64,000 nucleotides of DNA from Anaerolineales bacterium (GTDB lineage Bacteria > Chloroflexota > Anaerolineae > Anaerolineales > UBA4823), in assembly GCA_035341015.1 (NCBI GenBank), contig DAOQUL010000003.1:10350-74349 (forward strand), written 5' to 3'. Positions within the stretch are counted from its first letter, which is position 1, and each line of letters begins with the position of its first letter. Below, one piece after another: positions 35,773 through 48,395 of this stretch. The translations under genes and the position numbers were made by a program. The notes under the pieces were generated by a model, which was not told where the DNA came from, searched no databases, and saw nothing but the letters and a program-made list of their open reading frames with translations.

Positions 35773-36707
35773 GTCTCGCCTGGCTGGAGCTTGCTGGTCA
35801 TGCGGCAGAAGGTGCATTCGCCGGGGGCGGTGGTGGGTTGGCCGCAGGCAGGGCAGGTGTGCAGCAGGGGCCGGTCGGGGTCGGCATCTGGCGAGAAGAG
35901 CCCGGCGGCCTTGGCCCGCAAAAAGGACAGGTAGAAGTTGAGCTTGGCGCCGGGGCGCTCGGATTCGAGTTGGTTCAGCAGGTCTTTGTAATAGAGCGAG
36001 GTGGCCCCCACGGCAAAGGGGCACTCATCATAGATGTATTCGATGCCGCCCAGCCAGGCGTAAGCGGCCATCTCGCGCTCGTAGATGCGGCAGAGGGGCT
36101 TGACCTTGCGTACCAGGCCCTCGTCCCGGGCCTCGAGCACGGGACCCTGGCGCAGCAGGTAAGAGCCGGCCCAGGTGAGGGTGTTGCCAAAGAGCACGGC
36201 GGCTTCATCATCCAGGTTGTGGCCGGTAGCCAGCACCTGGTAGCCGCCCTGGCGCGCCACACGGTTCATGATGTGGCGCTTGGCCAACCCGCACACCGAG
36301 CAAGCCTTGCCGCGCCCGCGCTGGGCGCGCTCGGCAATCTGCGGGATGCCGGCGCCGTACTCGGCGGCCACATCCACCACGTGCAGGTGCAGGCCGCGGG
36401 AACCGGCAAACTGCTCAGACAGGCGGCGGGATTCGGCGGAATAGTTCACCCCGCCATCGATGCCCAGGCTGATGTACAGGCCATCGACGGCATAGCCCAG
36501 CTTGTGCAGGATATCCCACAACGAAAGCGAATCTTTGCCGCCCGAGACGGCCACCAGCAGGCGATCCTGGTGGCTGAACATCTTGTATTTTTCGATGGCG
36601 CGTTCAACCTGCTGGGGCAGCCAGGCCAGGTAATCAGCCTGGCAGAGCGCCAGTTTGTGATGGCGCATGTGGAAGACGGCTTTGCCGCCGCACTTATCGC
36701 ATTTCAT
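35769..36707 (-). CDS. ttuA: tRNA 2-thiolation PP-loop ATPase, TtuA-like (tRNA-5-methyluridine54 2-sulfurtransferase family)
   Basis: N-terminal zinc finger (CDKCGG...LCQADY), PP-loop VAVSGGKDSL, TGHNLDDEAAVLFGN, and a C-terminal zinc finger (CPACGQPT...CTFC). It is collinear with Thermus TtuA as I recall it. The start overlaps the kinase stop (TGATG at 36705-36709). Confidence 0.8.
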   Translation of the reverse strand: MKCDKCGGKAVFHMRHHKLALCQADYLAWLPQQVERAIEKYKMFSHQDRLLVAVSGGKDSLSLWDILHKLGYAVDGLYISLGIDGGVNYSAESRRLSEQFAGSRGLHLHVVDVAAEYGAGIPQIAERAQRGRGKACSVCGLAKRHIMNRVARQGGYQVLATGHNLDDEAAVLFGNTLTWAGSYLLRQGPVLEARDEGLVRKVKPLCRIYEREMAAYAWLGGIEYIYDECPFAVGATSLYYKDLLNQLESERPGAKLNFYLSFLRAKAAGLFSPDADPDRPLLHTCPACGQPTTAPGECTFCRMTSKLQPGET

Positions 36708-38959
36708 CAGGGAGCTGGCCGCAAGGCAGGCTGCGGGCTGTCCTTTGGGTTGGTGAAGAAGTTTTCTGGCAGGGGGATGGGGGCGTACTGCGTGCCGGTG
36801 CCCAGGCTGCCAACCGAGATGTAATACAGCTCGATGACGCTGTTCTCGCCCAGGCCAATGTCCTGGAATGCAAATGCAATGTGGGTGCCATCGGGGCTGA
36901 AGTTGGGGTCGCGGTAACAGCAAGAGCCGCGCACGGGGTTGGCCTTGGGCACGATGGTGTGCAGGTCCATGTCGTAAAAGTACAGGTCGCCGAAGCCCTC
37001 GTTGCGCACGAAGCCGACCAGGGCGAAGAGGGAGGTGCCGTTCCAGCCAACGTGATCCAGCTCGGGGTAGTTGCGGTAGCCGCTCATGGTGAAGCGTTGG
37101 GCGGGGAATTCGTCGATCTTGCGCACGTTGGTCTCGCAGGTTGAGATATCGAGCACGTAGACCTCGTCTTCACGGCGGCCTTCGACCGCGCCCACCAATA
37201 CCAGGGCCATGTGCTGCATATCTTCAGACCACAAAGCCTCTTCCACTAAATATGCTGCGCCGGTGCTGGAAGCGTAAGGGGCCATGGCGGCACAAACCGA
37301 CATATCGCGGATGCCGGTCCAATAATCGACCTGGCTGAGGCGCTCGGGGTCGTTGGGGACGATGAACAACTGCTGGAAGACGCTGATGGCGGCCAGGCTG
37401 CCATCGGGCGAGAGGCGGAAGAGCTCGAGGGTGCCAGAATTCAGGCAGACGACATCGTCGACGCGGCCGGTGTCTATCGCCACCTGGCGCACGCACAGGC
37501 CAGAGACGAAGATCACGGCCGAGCCATCGGGGGTCCACTGCAGCATATCTTTCCGGCCGCCATCGGTAGTGAGCTGGGTCAGGCCGGTGCCATCCAGGTT
37601 CACCACCCAAACGTCATTGTTGCGCAAGAAGGCGACCATATCTGAACCGCCGATGACCGGCGCGGCGGGGAGGGGGGTGAAGGTTGCGGTGGGGGTGGGC
37701 GGGAGGGGCGTCTCAGAGGGGGCGGTGGTGGCGGTGGGCGGCACCTCGGTAGGTTGGGGGGTGCTGCTGGGCGGCAGGGCAGTTTCTGATGGCGCCAGGG
37801 TGGGCGTGGCTGAAGGGAGCTCGGCCACAACCGGAACGGTGGCAGAAGGGGCAGTGGTGATGGTGGGGGTGGGGGGTTTCAGGCCCAGGGCGACAATCAG
37901 CGAGCCGCCAAATACCACTGCCAGCACGGCTGCCACCAAGAGGATGCCGCCGCCAATCCAAACCCAAATGGGGATGCTGCGCCGGGCGGGAGCGGCAGGG
38001 GCCGCAGCCGGGGGAGGTGTGGGGGTCCTGACGCCTTTCTTGGCGGGGGCCCCCACCGTGGTGGCATTGGCCGCCGGGCGGATGCGCGTGGCGGCGTACT
38101 GGGTCTTGGCGGGTGCGGGGCCAATGTGGGTGGCATTGGCTGCATTTTTTGCCACTTCTTCAGCGGCATCGGCTAATTCCTGGCTGGTTTGGAAGCGGTC
38201 GTCGGGGTCTTTGGCCATGGCCTTTTCGATGACGGCATCAAAGGCAGGCGGCAGGTCGGCTTTTTCTCCCAGCAAGCTGGGCACCGGCTCGAGGATGTGC
38301 ATCATCATCAGCTTGGCGGCGGTATCGGCGTTGTAAGGGGTTTTGCCAGCCAAGACCTGGAACAAGATCACGCCCAAGGCGTAAATATCGCTGCGCCCGT
38401 CGATTTCCATGCCGCCCTGCACTTGCTCGGGGCTCATGTAAGCCGGGGTGCCCAAGATGGCGCCCCCGGTGAGGGTGGCGCTGGTGGACTGTTTCAGGCG
38501 GGCGATGCCGAAATCGGAGAGAAAGGCGTTGCCATACTGGTCGAACAAGATGTTGCCGGGCTTCATATCGCGGTGGATGATGCCTTTGGAATGGGCGGCA
38601 TCCAGGGCGGGGGCCAGGCGGCTGACCATCTTGACCACTTCATTGACGGGCATGGGGCCTTGCTTGACCTTATCGGCCAGAGAGCCGCCCGACATGTAGC
38701 GCATGACGATGTAGGGTTGGCCTTCTTCTTCGCCAAAATCATACACCGGCACAATGGCGGGGTGTTCGAGCAGGGCCACCATCTTGGCTTCGCGATCAAA
38801 GCGGGTTTTGAACTGCGGGTCGTGCAAAAATTCGCGCGGCAAAACCTTGATGGCAACTTCGCGCTCGAAGCGTGGGTCATAGGCTTTGAAAACCGAGGCC
38901 ATGCCCCCGCGCCCCAGCTCCCCTTTGATCTCGTAGCGGCCAAATTTTTCAGTGGTCAT
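36707..38959 (-). CDS. Hanks-type Ser/Thr protein kinase with a TM segment, PT-rich linker and C-terminal TolB/PD40-like beta-propeller
   Basis: [31 protein letters not shown] and [12 protein letters not shown] segment [22 protein letters not shown]. The C-terminus has repeated DG..(L/I)AF.S motifs. Confidence 0.9.
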   Translation of the reverse strand: MTTEKFGRYEIKGELGRGGMASVFKAYDPRFEREVAIKVLPREFLHDPQFKTRFDREAKMVALLEHPAIVPVYDFGEEEGQPYIVMRYMSGGSLADKVKQGPMPVNEVVKMVSRLAPALDAAHSKGIIHRDMKPGNILFDQYGNAFLSDFGIARLKQSTSATLTGGAILGTPAYMSPEQVQGGMEIDGRSDIYALGVILFQVLAGKTPYNADTAAKLMMMHILEPVPSLLGEKADLPPAFDAVIEKAMAKDPDDRFQTSQELADAAEEVAKNAANATHIGPAPAKTQYAATRIRPAANATTVGAPAKKGVRTPTPPPAAAPAAPARRSIPIWVWIGGGILLVAAVLAVVFGGSLIVALGLKPPTPTITTAPSATVPVVAELPSATPTLAPSETALPPSSTPQPTEVPPTATTAPSETPLPPTPTATFTPLPAAPVIGGSDMVAFLRNNDVWVVNLDGTGLTQLTTDGGRKDMLQWTPDGSAVIFVSGLCVRQVAIDTGRVDDVVCLNSGTLELFRLSPDGSLAAISVFQQLFIVPNDPERLSQVDYWTGIRDMSVCAAMAPYASSTGAAYLVEEALWSEDMQHMALVLVGAVEGRREDEVYVLDISTCETNVRKIDEFPAQRFTMSGYRNYPELDHVGWNGTSLFALVGFVRNEGFGDLYFYDMDLHTIVPKANPVRGSCCYRDPNFSPDGTHIAFAFQDIGLGENSVIELYYISVGSLGTGTQYAPIPLPENFFTNPKDSPQPALRPAP

Positions 38960-38996
38960 GTCAGAAAGTATAGCACCTAAGTAAAGATAAAAACAA
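38957..38996 (-). promoter_or_regulatory. Candidate leaderless promoter of the kinase-ttuA-yhhQ operon
   Basis: On the minus strand: TTGTTT (38996-38991), an 18-nt spacer, TATACT (38972-38967), then 7 nt to ATG (38959-38957). No Shine-Dalgarno sequence. Confidence 0.4.
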
Positions 38997-39058
38997 CTTT
39001 TCTCGGTTGAATTTTAAGGCACAACCGAGCATTGTGGCAAGAGTCAAAAATGTAAGTT

Positions 39059-39685
39059 TTAGGCAGTGCCAAACTGGCGGTCGCCGGCATCGCCCAGCCC
39101 GGGCACGATGTAGCCGCGTTCATTCAACCGCTCGTCAATGGCAGCCAGGTAGATGGGCACGTCGGGGTGGTGCTGCTGCATGTTCTCAATGCCTTGCGGC
39201 GCACCAATGATGCCTACGAACTTGATCTTGGTGACGCCCCAGCGCTTGAGGATATCGACTGTGGCAACGGCTGACCCGCCGGTGGCGAGCATGGGGTCGA
39301 GCACCAGGCAAACCTGGACGGTGGGCTCGATGGGCAGCTTGTTGTAATATTCCACCGGCTTGAGGGTTTTTTCATCGCGATAGAGGCCGATGTGCCAGAC
39401 TTCAGCCGAGGGCATCAATGCCCACACGCCTTCGACCATGCCCAGCCCGGCGCGCAGGATGGGCACCAGGCCGATCTTGGCCTGCAAGGCCTGGCATTTG
39501 GCCAGGGCCAGGGGGGTTTGCACTTCAATCGGGCGCAGTTCAAGGTCCAGGGTGGCTTCGTAGGTCAACAGAGAGGCAATTTCGGGCACCAGCTCGCGGA
39601 ACTTTTTGGGTTCAGTGTCTACATTGCGCAGCAGGGCCAGCTTATGGGCAACCAGGGGGTGACGAGAAGGAAAAACGTTGGACAT
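39059..39685 (-). CDS. upp: Uracil phosphoribosyltransferase
   Basis: HPLV.HKL..LR......[12 protein letters not shown], a PRPP loop [11 protein letters not shown], and [12 protein letters not shown]. Confidence 0.9.
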   Translation of the reverse strand: MSNVFPSRHPLVAHKLALLRNVDTEPKKFRELVPEIASLLTYEATLDLELRPIEVQTPLALAKCQALQAKIGLVPILRAGLGMVEGVWALMPSAEVWHIGLYRDEKTLKPVEYYNKLPIEPTVQVCLVLDPMLATGGSAVATVDILKRWGVTKIKFVGIIGAPQGIENMQQHHPDVPIYLAAIDERLNERGYIVPGLGDAGDRQFGTA

Positions 39686-39754
39686 AGGGTATCTACTCCA
39701 AGTATAAGATTAGGCATATTATATCCCGTTTGCTTTGAAGGGATATGTTTCGGT

Positions 39755-39769
39755 TATAATCATTCTATG
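39755..39769 (+). promoter_or_regulatory. Candidate -10 element placing the ruvB ATG at the transcript 5' end (leaderless)
   Basis: TATAAT (39755-39760), 6 nt, then ATG (39767-39769). No Shine-Dalgarno sequence, and the -35 region is weak. Confidence 0.35.
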
Positions 39770-40795
39770 ACTGATGAGACCCCAAAACGCCTGGTGAACC
39801 CTGAACCGCAACCGGATGACCGCCTGGACCAATCCTTAAGACCGCATACGTTAAACGATCTGATCGGCCAGGAACGGGTAAAAGAGAACTTGTCGATTTT
39901 GATCGCCGCGGCCCGCCAGCGCGGCGACCCGTTGGATCATGTGTTGTTTTACGGGCCGCCCGGCCTGGGTAAGACCACGCTGGCGCATGTTCTGTCAAAT
40001 GAGATGAGCGTCAACATCAAGGTCACCTCGGGTCCGGCGATCGAGCGCCCCGGCGACCTGGCGGCGATCCTGACCAACCTGCGGGCAGGGGATATCCTGT
40101 TCATCGACGAAGTCCACCGCCTGGGGCGGGCCGTGGAAGAGGTGTTGTACCCGGCGATGGAAGACTTTGCCCTGGATATTGTGATTGGCAAGGGGCCTTC
40201 GGCGCGTTCGATCCGTTTGAAGCTGCCGCGCTTCACGGTCATCGGGGCCACCACGCGCCTGGCGCTGCTCACTGCGCCGCTGAGGGCGCGCTTTGGGGCG
40301 GTGTATCACCTGGATTTCTATGGGCTGGAGGCCATGCAGGCCATTGTCCAGCGGGCGGCGCGGGTATTGGGCGTACCGGCGGATGAAGAAGGGGTGGATG
40401 AGATTGCCCGGCGCGGGCGCGGAACGCCGCGCGTGGCCTTGCGCCTGCTGAGGCGGGTGCGCGACTTTGCCCAGGTGCGGGCAGATGGGTCCATCACGCG
40501 GGCGGTAGCCAAAAATGCCCTGGACCTGCTCAACGTAGATCCGCTTGGCCTGGATGAGATGGACCGGCGGGTACTGTTGACGGTGATCGAGAAATATCGC
40601 GGCGGGCCCGTGGGGCTGAGCACGATTGCAGCTTCGATCAGCGAAGAGCCCGATACGATCATGGACGTGGTTGAGCCGTACCTGTTACAGCTCGGTTTCT
40701 TAGAGCGCACCTCGCAGGGGCGGATGGCAACGGCGCGGGCTTATGAGCACCTGGGTATCGCAATGCCCGCCGAAGAGCAGTCACGGTTGTTCTAA
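39767..40795 (+). CDS. ruvB: Holliday junction branch-migration helicase RuvB
   Basis: LRP..L.D.IGQE.VKENL, Walker [12 protein letters not shown], Walker [15 protein letters not shown], and a C-terminal winged helix. The stop overlaps the queA start (TAATG at 40793-40797). Confidence 0.9.
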   Translation: MTDETPKRLVNPEPQPDDRLDQSLRPHTLNDLIGQERVKENLSILIAAARQRGDPLDHVLFYGPPGLGKTTLAHVLSNEMSVNIKVTSGPAIERPGDLAAILTNLRAGDILFIDEVHRLGRAVEEVLYPAMEDFALDIVIGKGPSARSIRLKLPRFTVIGATTRLALLTAPLRARFGAVYHLDFYGLEAMQAIVQRAARVLGVPADEEGVDEIARRGRGTPRVALRLLRRVRDFAQVRADGSITRAVAKNALDLLNVDPLGLDEMDRRVLLTVIEKYRGGPVGLSTIAASISEEPDTIMDVVEPYLLQLGFLERTSQGRMATARAYEHLGIAMPAEEQSRLF

Positions 40796-41823
40796 TGAAA
40801 ACTGACGATTTCGATTACGATCTTCCGGTTGAGTGCATTGCTCAAACCCCGTTGGAGCCGCGCGATGCCTCGCGCCTGTTGGTATTAGACCGCCAGCGAG
40901 ACAGCCTGGAGCACACCACCTTTCGAGAGGTGGGGCGCTATCTGAGACCGGGCGACCTGTTGGTGCTGAATGAGACGCGCGTGATCCTGGCGCGCCTGTT
41001 TGGGCGCAAGCTGCCCGGCGGCGGGCGGGTGGAGCTGCTGCTGTTAAAGCGCATCGATGAGCAGACCTGGGAGGCGTTGGCGGGCGGCAAGGGGCTGACC
41101 ACGGGCAAGCAGGTGCAGGTGGTTGACAGGGCCGGCGAAGCGCTGGCGCTGTGGGTGGAGATCGATGCCGTGCTGGAAGGGCCGCTGCGCCGGGTGCGCT
41201 TCAGCGCGCCGCCGGAACCTTACCTGGCCCAGGCCGGGCATGTGCCGCTGCCGCCTTACATCCATGCCCCGCTGGCAGACCCTGAACGTTACCAGACGGT
41301 GTATGCCCGCCAAACCGGCTCGGCAGCGGCGCCCACGGCAGGATTGCATTTCACACCCCGCCTGATCGAAGAACTGACCGGGCGGGGGATTGGGCTGGCT
41401 AATGTGACGCTGCACGTGGGCCTGGATACCTTTGCCCCGGTGACCGAAGATGATCCCCAACAGCATGCCATCCATACCGAGTGGTGCCAGGTGAGCGCTG
41501 AAACCGTGCAGGCGATCCGGGTAGCGCGGCAAGCAGGCGGGCGGGTGATTGCGGTGGGCACTACCTCGGTGCGCACATTAGAGACTTGCGCCGCGGCCGG
41601 CCAACCGGAGCCTTACAGCGGCCCAACCTCGCTGTATATCCTGCCGGGTTACCCATTCCACCTGGTGGATGCCATGATCACCAATTTCCATTTGCCGCGC
41701 TCCACGCTGATCATGCTGGTGAGCGCGTTTGCCGGGCGAGAGCGGGTCTTGGATGCCTACGAGACTGCCAAGCGAGAAGGCTACCGCTTCTATTCGTTTG
41801 GGGATGCGATGTTGATCTTGTAA
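40795..41823 (+). CDS. queA: S-adenosylmethionine:tRNA ribosyltransferase-isomerase
   Basis: FDYDLP...IAQ.P...RD.SRLLVL, LPPYI, YQTVYA...GS.AAPTAGLHFT, GTTS.R.LE and NFHLP.STL motifs. Confidence 0.9.
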   Translation: MKTDDFDYDLPVECIAQTPLEPRDASRLLVLDRQRDSLEHTTFREVGRYLRPGDLLVLNETRVILARLFGRKLPGGGRVELLLLKRIDEQTWEALAGGKGLTTGKQVQVVDRAGEALALWVEIDAVLEGPLRRVRFSAPPEPYLAQAGHVPLPPYIHAPLADPERYQTVYARQTGSAAAPTAGLHFTPRLIEELTGRGIGLANVTLHVGLDTFAPVTEDDPQQHAIHTEWCQVSAETVQAIRVARQAGGRVIAVGTTSVRTLETCAAAGQPEPYSGPTSLYILPGYPFHLVDAMITNFHLPRSTLIMLVSAFAGRERVLDAYETAKREGYRFYSFGDAMLIL

Positions 41824-41835
41824 GAGAAAGAATGT

Positions 41836-42513
41836 ATGGCTGCGATTGATGATCTGAATCAAATATTGTTGGTCTGCCGCAAATGCCCCCGCCTGGTGGC
41901 CTGGCGCGAGCAGGTGGCGCGCGAGAAGCGGCGTGCATACCGAGATTGGGAATATTGGGGCAAGCCGGTGCCGGGGTTTGGCGACCCTGAAGCGCGGTTG
42001 TTGGTGGTGGGGCTGGCGCCGGGCGCACACGGCTCTAACCGCACCGGGCGCATGTTCACGGGCGATGCCTCGGGTGATTTTCTGTATCCTGCCCTGCACC
42101 GGGCGGGGTTTGCCAACCAGCCGGGCGCAAGCCGCCTGGATGATGGGCTGGCGCTGCACGACCTGTTCATTTCGGCGGTCTGCCGCTGCGCGCCGCCGGA
42201 TAACAAGCCCGCACCCGGTGAGATTGCCAACTGCCTGCCTTACCTGGCGCAAGAGATGGAAATATTGAAAAATGTACAGGGGGTGGTGGCTTTGGGGAAG
42301 ATCGCCTTTGACCAGGTGCTGCGCCTGTATAACGCCCAGGGCAATCCAGGCGGCAGGCTGGAATTTGCCCACGGCGCTTTTTATACCTTGGGCGGCGGCA
42401 AGCCCTGGCTGTTGGCTTCTTACCACCCCAGCCGCCAGAATACACAAACCGGCCGCCTGACGGCTGCTATGTTCGACCAGATCTGGTTAGAGGCCCGTTC
42501 CAGGTTAGCGTAG
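41836..42513 (+). CDS. Uracil-DNA glycosylase, family 5 (UdgB-like)
   Basis: Fe-S cysteines (CRKCPRL), GLAPGAHGSNRTGRMFTGD (the family-5 signature rather than the family-4 GEAPG.ED), and HPSRQN. Confidence 0.8.
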   Translation: MAAIDDLNQILLVCRKCPRLVAWREQVAREKRRAYRDWEYWGKPVPGFGDPEARLLVVGLAPGAHGSNRTGRMFTGDASGDFLYPALHRAGFANQPGASRLDDGLALHDLFISAVCRCAPPDNKPAPGEIANCLPYLAQEMEILKNVQGVVALGKIAFDQVLRLYNAQGNPGGRLEFAHGAFYTLGGGKPWLLASYHPSRQNTQTGRLTAAMFDQIWLEARSRLA

Positions 42514-43047
42514 GGCAAACAAGACGGAGGCCGGGCGGATGAAGATCATGGGCGTGCGCACGACGCCCATATTGGGAATGGCCGGGTTGGTGATCTCAGC
42601 ATCGTAGATGGTGATGAAGGTTTCTTTGATGGTGGTGAGATGCAGGGCCATGTTGGTGGTGGCTGCCATGCGCATGTTGGCCTGGATGCGGAAAGAGCCC
42701 AGCATGGTCAAGATGGGGTCCATTTTGCGGTTGGGTTCGGTGGCATCGTAATCCAGGCTCTCTTGGACGGGCGGGAGGGCGTGGATGGCCAAGATTTGCG
42801 GAACGGATATGAACAACTCGGGGGCAGCCAATGTTTGGATCGAACCGCCCGCCAGCAGCAGTACCTGGGCTTTGTAGAGCCTCAGGTAGTCGATGGGGGT
42901 GGCGGCGCGCAGCCAGGTGGCGATGCGGATGGACTGCTTGATGATCGTTTCGCCGCGCACCACCCCGTTAGGGATGTACACCATGACTGGCAGTACTTTG
43001 TCTTCGGGGCCTAACTGGTAAGAATGGGATTGAGGGGTGTCTGTCAT
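42505..43047 (-). CDS. Hypothetical protein (180 aa), no recognisable motif
   Basis: Clean ORF with a strong GGAGG Shine-Dalgarno sequence 4-5 nt upstream of ATG 43047. Its composition is unlike the antisense artefact ORFs. Confidence 0.55.
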   Translation of the reverse strand: MTDTPQSHSYQLGPEDKVLPVMVYIPNGVVRGETIIKQSIRIATWLRAATPIDYLRLYKAQVLLLAGGSIQTLAAPELFISVPQILAIHALPPVQESLDYDATEPNRKMDPILTMLGSFRIQANMRMAATTNMALHLTTIKETFITIYDAEITNPAIPNMGVVRTPMIFIRPASVLFALR

Positions 43048-43126
43048 ACTGCCTCCTTAGAATCATCTCTACCCTGGATTATAATGTCAGTTAGCAAAAA
43101 ACTGCAATTCATTGGAGACCAAAAAT

Positions 43127-44419
<1,293 letters not shown>

Positions 44420-44431
<12 letters not shown>

Positions 44432-47353
44432 AACGGGAAGGGCATCGACCGCCTCGCTCAGCGAGGCGGTTTTGCCGCTTTGAATGGCGGCTGTTTCTTC
44501 GTCCGATGGCTGAGGAGCCAGTTCGGCAAGCAAGGCCTGGGCGGCCTGCTGTTCTTCAGCGTATTCTCCGGGGAAATTCGCCACCAGCCCCAAGAGCTTA
44601 AGCGCAAGCAAGCGCTGCCCTTTGTGATGCAGAAGGCAGGCGATCTCGGTCAGGGCGGGCAGGATCCAGCGGTGGGTGTTGGCGTTAACCGCCTGGTGCA
44701 GGCTTTTTAGATAACTGTTATAAGCATCCGTATTATTGCTCAGGGCGGCGTAAACCCGTCCCTGGGAGAAAGTGGCATAGGTAATGCCAAAGCTGTCGCC
44801 GATTTTGTTAAAGAGCTGAATGGCTTCTTTTAGCAGGTCGCGGGCTTTGACGTGATCCTGGGTCTGCATCGCCACGCTGGCAAGATCAGCCAGGCTGTAC
44901 GCCACGCTGCGCGGCTCTCCAATCTCACGTCCAACCTGAACGCTTTCTTCCAGGTAGCGGCGGGATTCTGCCAGGTTGCCGGTCAAAACCTCAACACTGC
45001 CCAGGTGGTTGAGCACATAGGCCAGGCGGGCCTGGGAGCCAATCTTCTTGTACATCTCGCAGGCTTCGATAAAATAGGGGTGGGCCTCGAGGGGATGGCC
45101 CTGGTCGCGGATGATCACGCCCAGGCGATCGAGGCAGCCAGCCACCTGGCTGGGGCTGCCAACCTGGCGGTAAATGGCGAGGGCCTGCCGGGTAAGTTCG
45201 GCTGCTTGCGTGTAGTCACCGGAGGCCCAGTGGATCGTGCCAAGCTGCGACAGGGCATCGGCGCTGCTTTTCTGGTCGTCTTCCTGGCGAGCGCGTTCCA
45301 GGCATTCTTGCGCCAGCCTGCCGGTCTCGACATAGTCGCCGCGAAGCCAGGTCACGCGGGCCAGCTCAAGCTGGATCAAGGTAATGTCGCCTGGATCGCC
45401 ATACTGGCGGGCCAATTCCAGGCTGCGTTCGGCAGTGGTCAAGGCTTCGTCCAGCCGCCCCAGGTCGATGTAGTTGTGGGCCTGGTTGGCCAGCAGGTGC
45501 AGCAGCAGTTGGTAATGGCTGGGCGGCCAGGGATCGGGCTGCTCCTCCAGCTTTTTGAGGGCAGTTTCAAAAGCCAGCAAGCCTTCTTGATGCCAACCGC
45601 GCAGTGAGAAAAAGAAGTGCAGGCAGGCCTGAGATTGGGCAATCACCTCGAACTGAGATTGATCGACGGCCCACTTCCAGGCGGCGCGTAAATCCTGGAT
45701 GCGTTCGCCGATCTCGTTAACGGCCTGGACTTGCTCTTGCCCCTGGATGCGCTCCAGGCGCTCTGCCAGGAAGGCGGCGTGATAATGACCGTGGCGCATC
45801 TGCACCCCGATCTCTTCATCGGGATGGGCGCTCAGTTTTTCGGCGGCATATTGGCGCAGCAGGCTGTGCATTTCATACAATTTGGCGTTGCTGCGGCGGA
45901 TGAGCGATTTATCGAGCAGGGCGGTAAATAGCTGCAAGGAGGTTTGGGCCACTGCCTGGACGGCTTTCCAGTCAAAGGGCCCCTGGAAGACTGCCAGGCG
46001 GCAGAAAGCCTGCCGCTCGGGCTCGGTGAGCAGGTTCCAGGAATAATCGCAGACAGCGCGCATGCTGCGGTGCCGCTCGGGGTGGTCGCGCATGGTGGTG
46101 CTGAGGAGTTCGGAGCTGATCGTTAGCTGGTCGGCAATATCCTGGCAGGTGAAGACGCGCACCCAGGCCGAGGCCAGTTCAAGGCCCAGGGGAATCCCCT
46201 CCACCAATTGGCAGATGCGGGTGATGTGGATGCGGTCTTCGGCATTGGGCGCAAAGGCGGGATCGGTGCGGCGGGCGTTCTGCAAGAACAGCTTGACGGC
46301 ACTGAAATCTTCCCAACCGGCGGCCTGGATGTCGGACGGGTAGCGCAGGCCGGTGATCTCGATGATGGTTTCGGCGCGCAGATTCAGGCGCTCACGAGAG
46401 GTGGCGAGGATTTTGACCCTGGGGGCGGTTTGCAAGATCTCAGACACCAGCTCGGCGCCATCCAAGATGTGCTCAAAGTTATCCATTACCAGTAGGATCT
46501 GTTTTTCGCGCAGGTAATTGAGCAATTGGATGCGGGGCACCTCGCGGGTGTGGAAAGAGTAATGCAGGGCTTCGGCAATGGCCGGAACCAGGAATTCGCT
46601 GGCGTTGAGGGGGGCCAGGGCCACAAAATGAGCACCGTGGCCGAAGTCATCCAGCATTTCAGCGGCGGCTTGCAGGGCCAGGCGCGTCTTGCCCATGCCG
46701 CCCGGCCCAACCAGGGTAAGCAAGCGGCAGGCGGGGTCTTCGAGGCGGGTGGTGACCTCAGCCAGCTCGGCCACGCGGCCCACGAAGGGGCTGGTTTGGG
46801 CGGGCAGGTTGTGGGGCTTGCCAGATAATGAGCGCAGGGCGGGGAATGTTTTGACCGGCAGGTCGGGGTGTTTGAGTTCGAAGACTTGCTGGGGTTCGCT
46901 GAGGTCTTTGAGCTGGTGCAGCCCGTGATCCAAAAGCTGGGCGCCGGGGGGCAGGGTGCAGCCCTGCACCACGGGCGGGGTGAGCAAGATCTGCCCGCCC
47001 CAGCCAACCGCCAGCAGGCGCACGGTGCGGTTGATCTCCAGGCCGTGGTAGTCATCGCCGCGCTGCTCTACCTGCCCGGCGTGCAAGACGGTGCGCAGGC
47101 GCAGCTCGCCAATCCCGCCCCAAGGCTGGTGAGCAACCTGCCGCTGGATCTCAAGGGCACATCCGATTGGATCCCCCCCTTCAAAGGCTGCAAAGACCCC
47201 GTCGCCGGTGTTTTTGACCACGCGGCCGCCATGTTGGCTGACCAACCTGTCCAGCAGGGCGTCGTGACGGCGCAAAGCCGCCAGCATTTCGGGGCCATGT
47301 TGTTCCATCAAACGGGTTGAGCCTTCGATGTCGGTAAAAAGAAATACAGTCAT
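44420..47353 (-). CDS. Class III adenylyl/guanylyl cyclase - STAND (NB-ARC-like) ATPase - TPR protein (977 aa)
   Basis: Cyclase motifs [20 protein letters not shown] and [10 protein letters not shown]. Walker A GPGGMGKT (nt 46685-46708) and Walker [10 protein letters not shown]. At least 8 TPR-like units from about aa 560. No C-terminal HTH domain. Confidence 0.85.
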
Positions 47354-47354
47354 C

Positions 47355-48395
47355 TTATCCCAGTAACCTCAAGAGCTGGTGGGGTTGGTGGGCAAAGGCC
47401 TCGGGCTTCAATTGGCCCTGTGTCAGCGCGAGCAGGGTGTCGTTGAGCAAGCGGTTGACAGGGGTGGGGATGCCCAGGCTTTCACCGGCGCGGACTACCG
47501 CGCCATTGAGATAGTTTACCTCACTTTTGCCGCGCCCGCTGTGCAGGTCGATGTGGAATGAGGGCATCTTCCCACCGCGCCCGCGCCCCACGCCGCGTTG
47601 TAAGAGGGGGCGGGCCAGGGCTGGCGGCAGGCGCATGCCCAAAGCCAACAGGCGCACGGGGGTGCCGGGTAAATCTACCACGCGGATGCGCTGGGCCGCC
47701 ATGACGCGCAGGGCCTCGCGCAGTTGCTCGATTTCCAACCGGCACAGGCCGGGGTGAGCGAAGACCTCTGCGGGGGGCAGGTCTAGAATGGCCGAGGTGG
47801 CGTTGGCGGTGAGGTTGGTGAGCATCTTGGACCACTTCATATCGGCGGCGCGGAGATAGAGGCGGGCATTTAAGCCCGCGGCGGTGAGGATGCCGACCAT
47901 GCGCTCAGAGAGAGGGTGGCCTTTGGCCACGCCCATGCCGCGCAAGCGTTCGAGGGCAATATCGCCGGCGGCGCGGCGGCCAACCGCGCTGCTGACCGTG
48001 CCGGAGATGACCTTGTCGGGGCCGATGACGGCTGCCAGGGCGGGTTCATTATCAACGCCGTTTTGCAGGCATAAGAAAGAAGGCAGTTGGCTGGTGTGCG
48101 GGGCCAGGCTTTGCAGGGCAGCCTGGGTATCGTAGGATTTGAGGGCAAAGACAGCCACGTCAAAGGGCCAGTGGGTCAGGGCTTCTTCGATCGATGCGCA
48201 GATCTTTGGCTGCGGCAGGTGGTGTTCTCCATCCGGCAGTTGCAGGCGCAGGCCGCGGGCGCGCAGCTCTTGGGCTACGGCGGGCTGTTCGAGGAAGATC
48301 ACTTCTTGCCCATGCAGGGCCAGGCTGCCGCCGATATAGGTGCCAATAGCGCCCGCGCCGAAGACCAGCCAGCGCAAATCAGACCAGGAGCTCAT
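47355..48395 (-). CDS. Ketopantoate reductase (PanE/ApbA) family oxidoreductase
   Basis: N-terminal Rossmann motif FGAGAIGTYIGG, K.SKMLTN motif, about 346 aa. ATGA overlap with the upstream gene. Confidence 0.75.
   Translation of the reverse strand: MSSWSDLRWLVFGAGAIGTYIGGSLALHGQEVIFLEQPAVAQELRARGLRLQLPDGEHHLPQPKICASIEEALTHWPFDVAVFALKSYDTQAALQSLAPHTSQLPSFLCLQNGVDNEPALAAVIGPDKVISGTVSSAVGRRAAGDIALERLRGMGVAKGHPLSERMVGILTAAGLNARLYLRAADMKWSKMLTNLTANATSAILDLPPAEVFAHPGLCRLEIEQLREALRVMAAQRIRVVDLPGTPVRLLALGMRLPPALARPLLQRGVGRGRGGKMPSFHIDLHSGRGKSEVNYLNGAVVRAGESLGIPTPVNRLLNDTLLALTQGQLKPEAFAHQPHQLLRLLG

Noticed and set aside
35751-36824. 357-aa plus-strand ORF, and the 5' extensions of the minus-strand ORFs 35038-36024 and 35769-36923.
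   Set aside because: The plus-strand ORF is antisense to ttuA. The extensions are Pro/Arg-rich read-through of the upstream genes. The true starts (35772 and 36707) coincide with stop-start overlaps and with the first conserved residues of each family.
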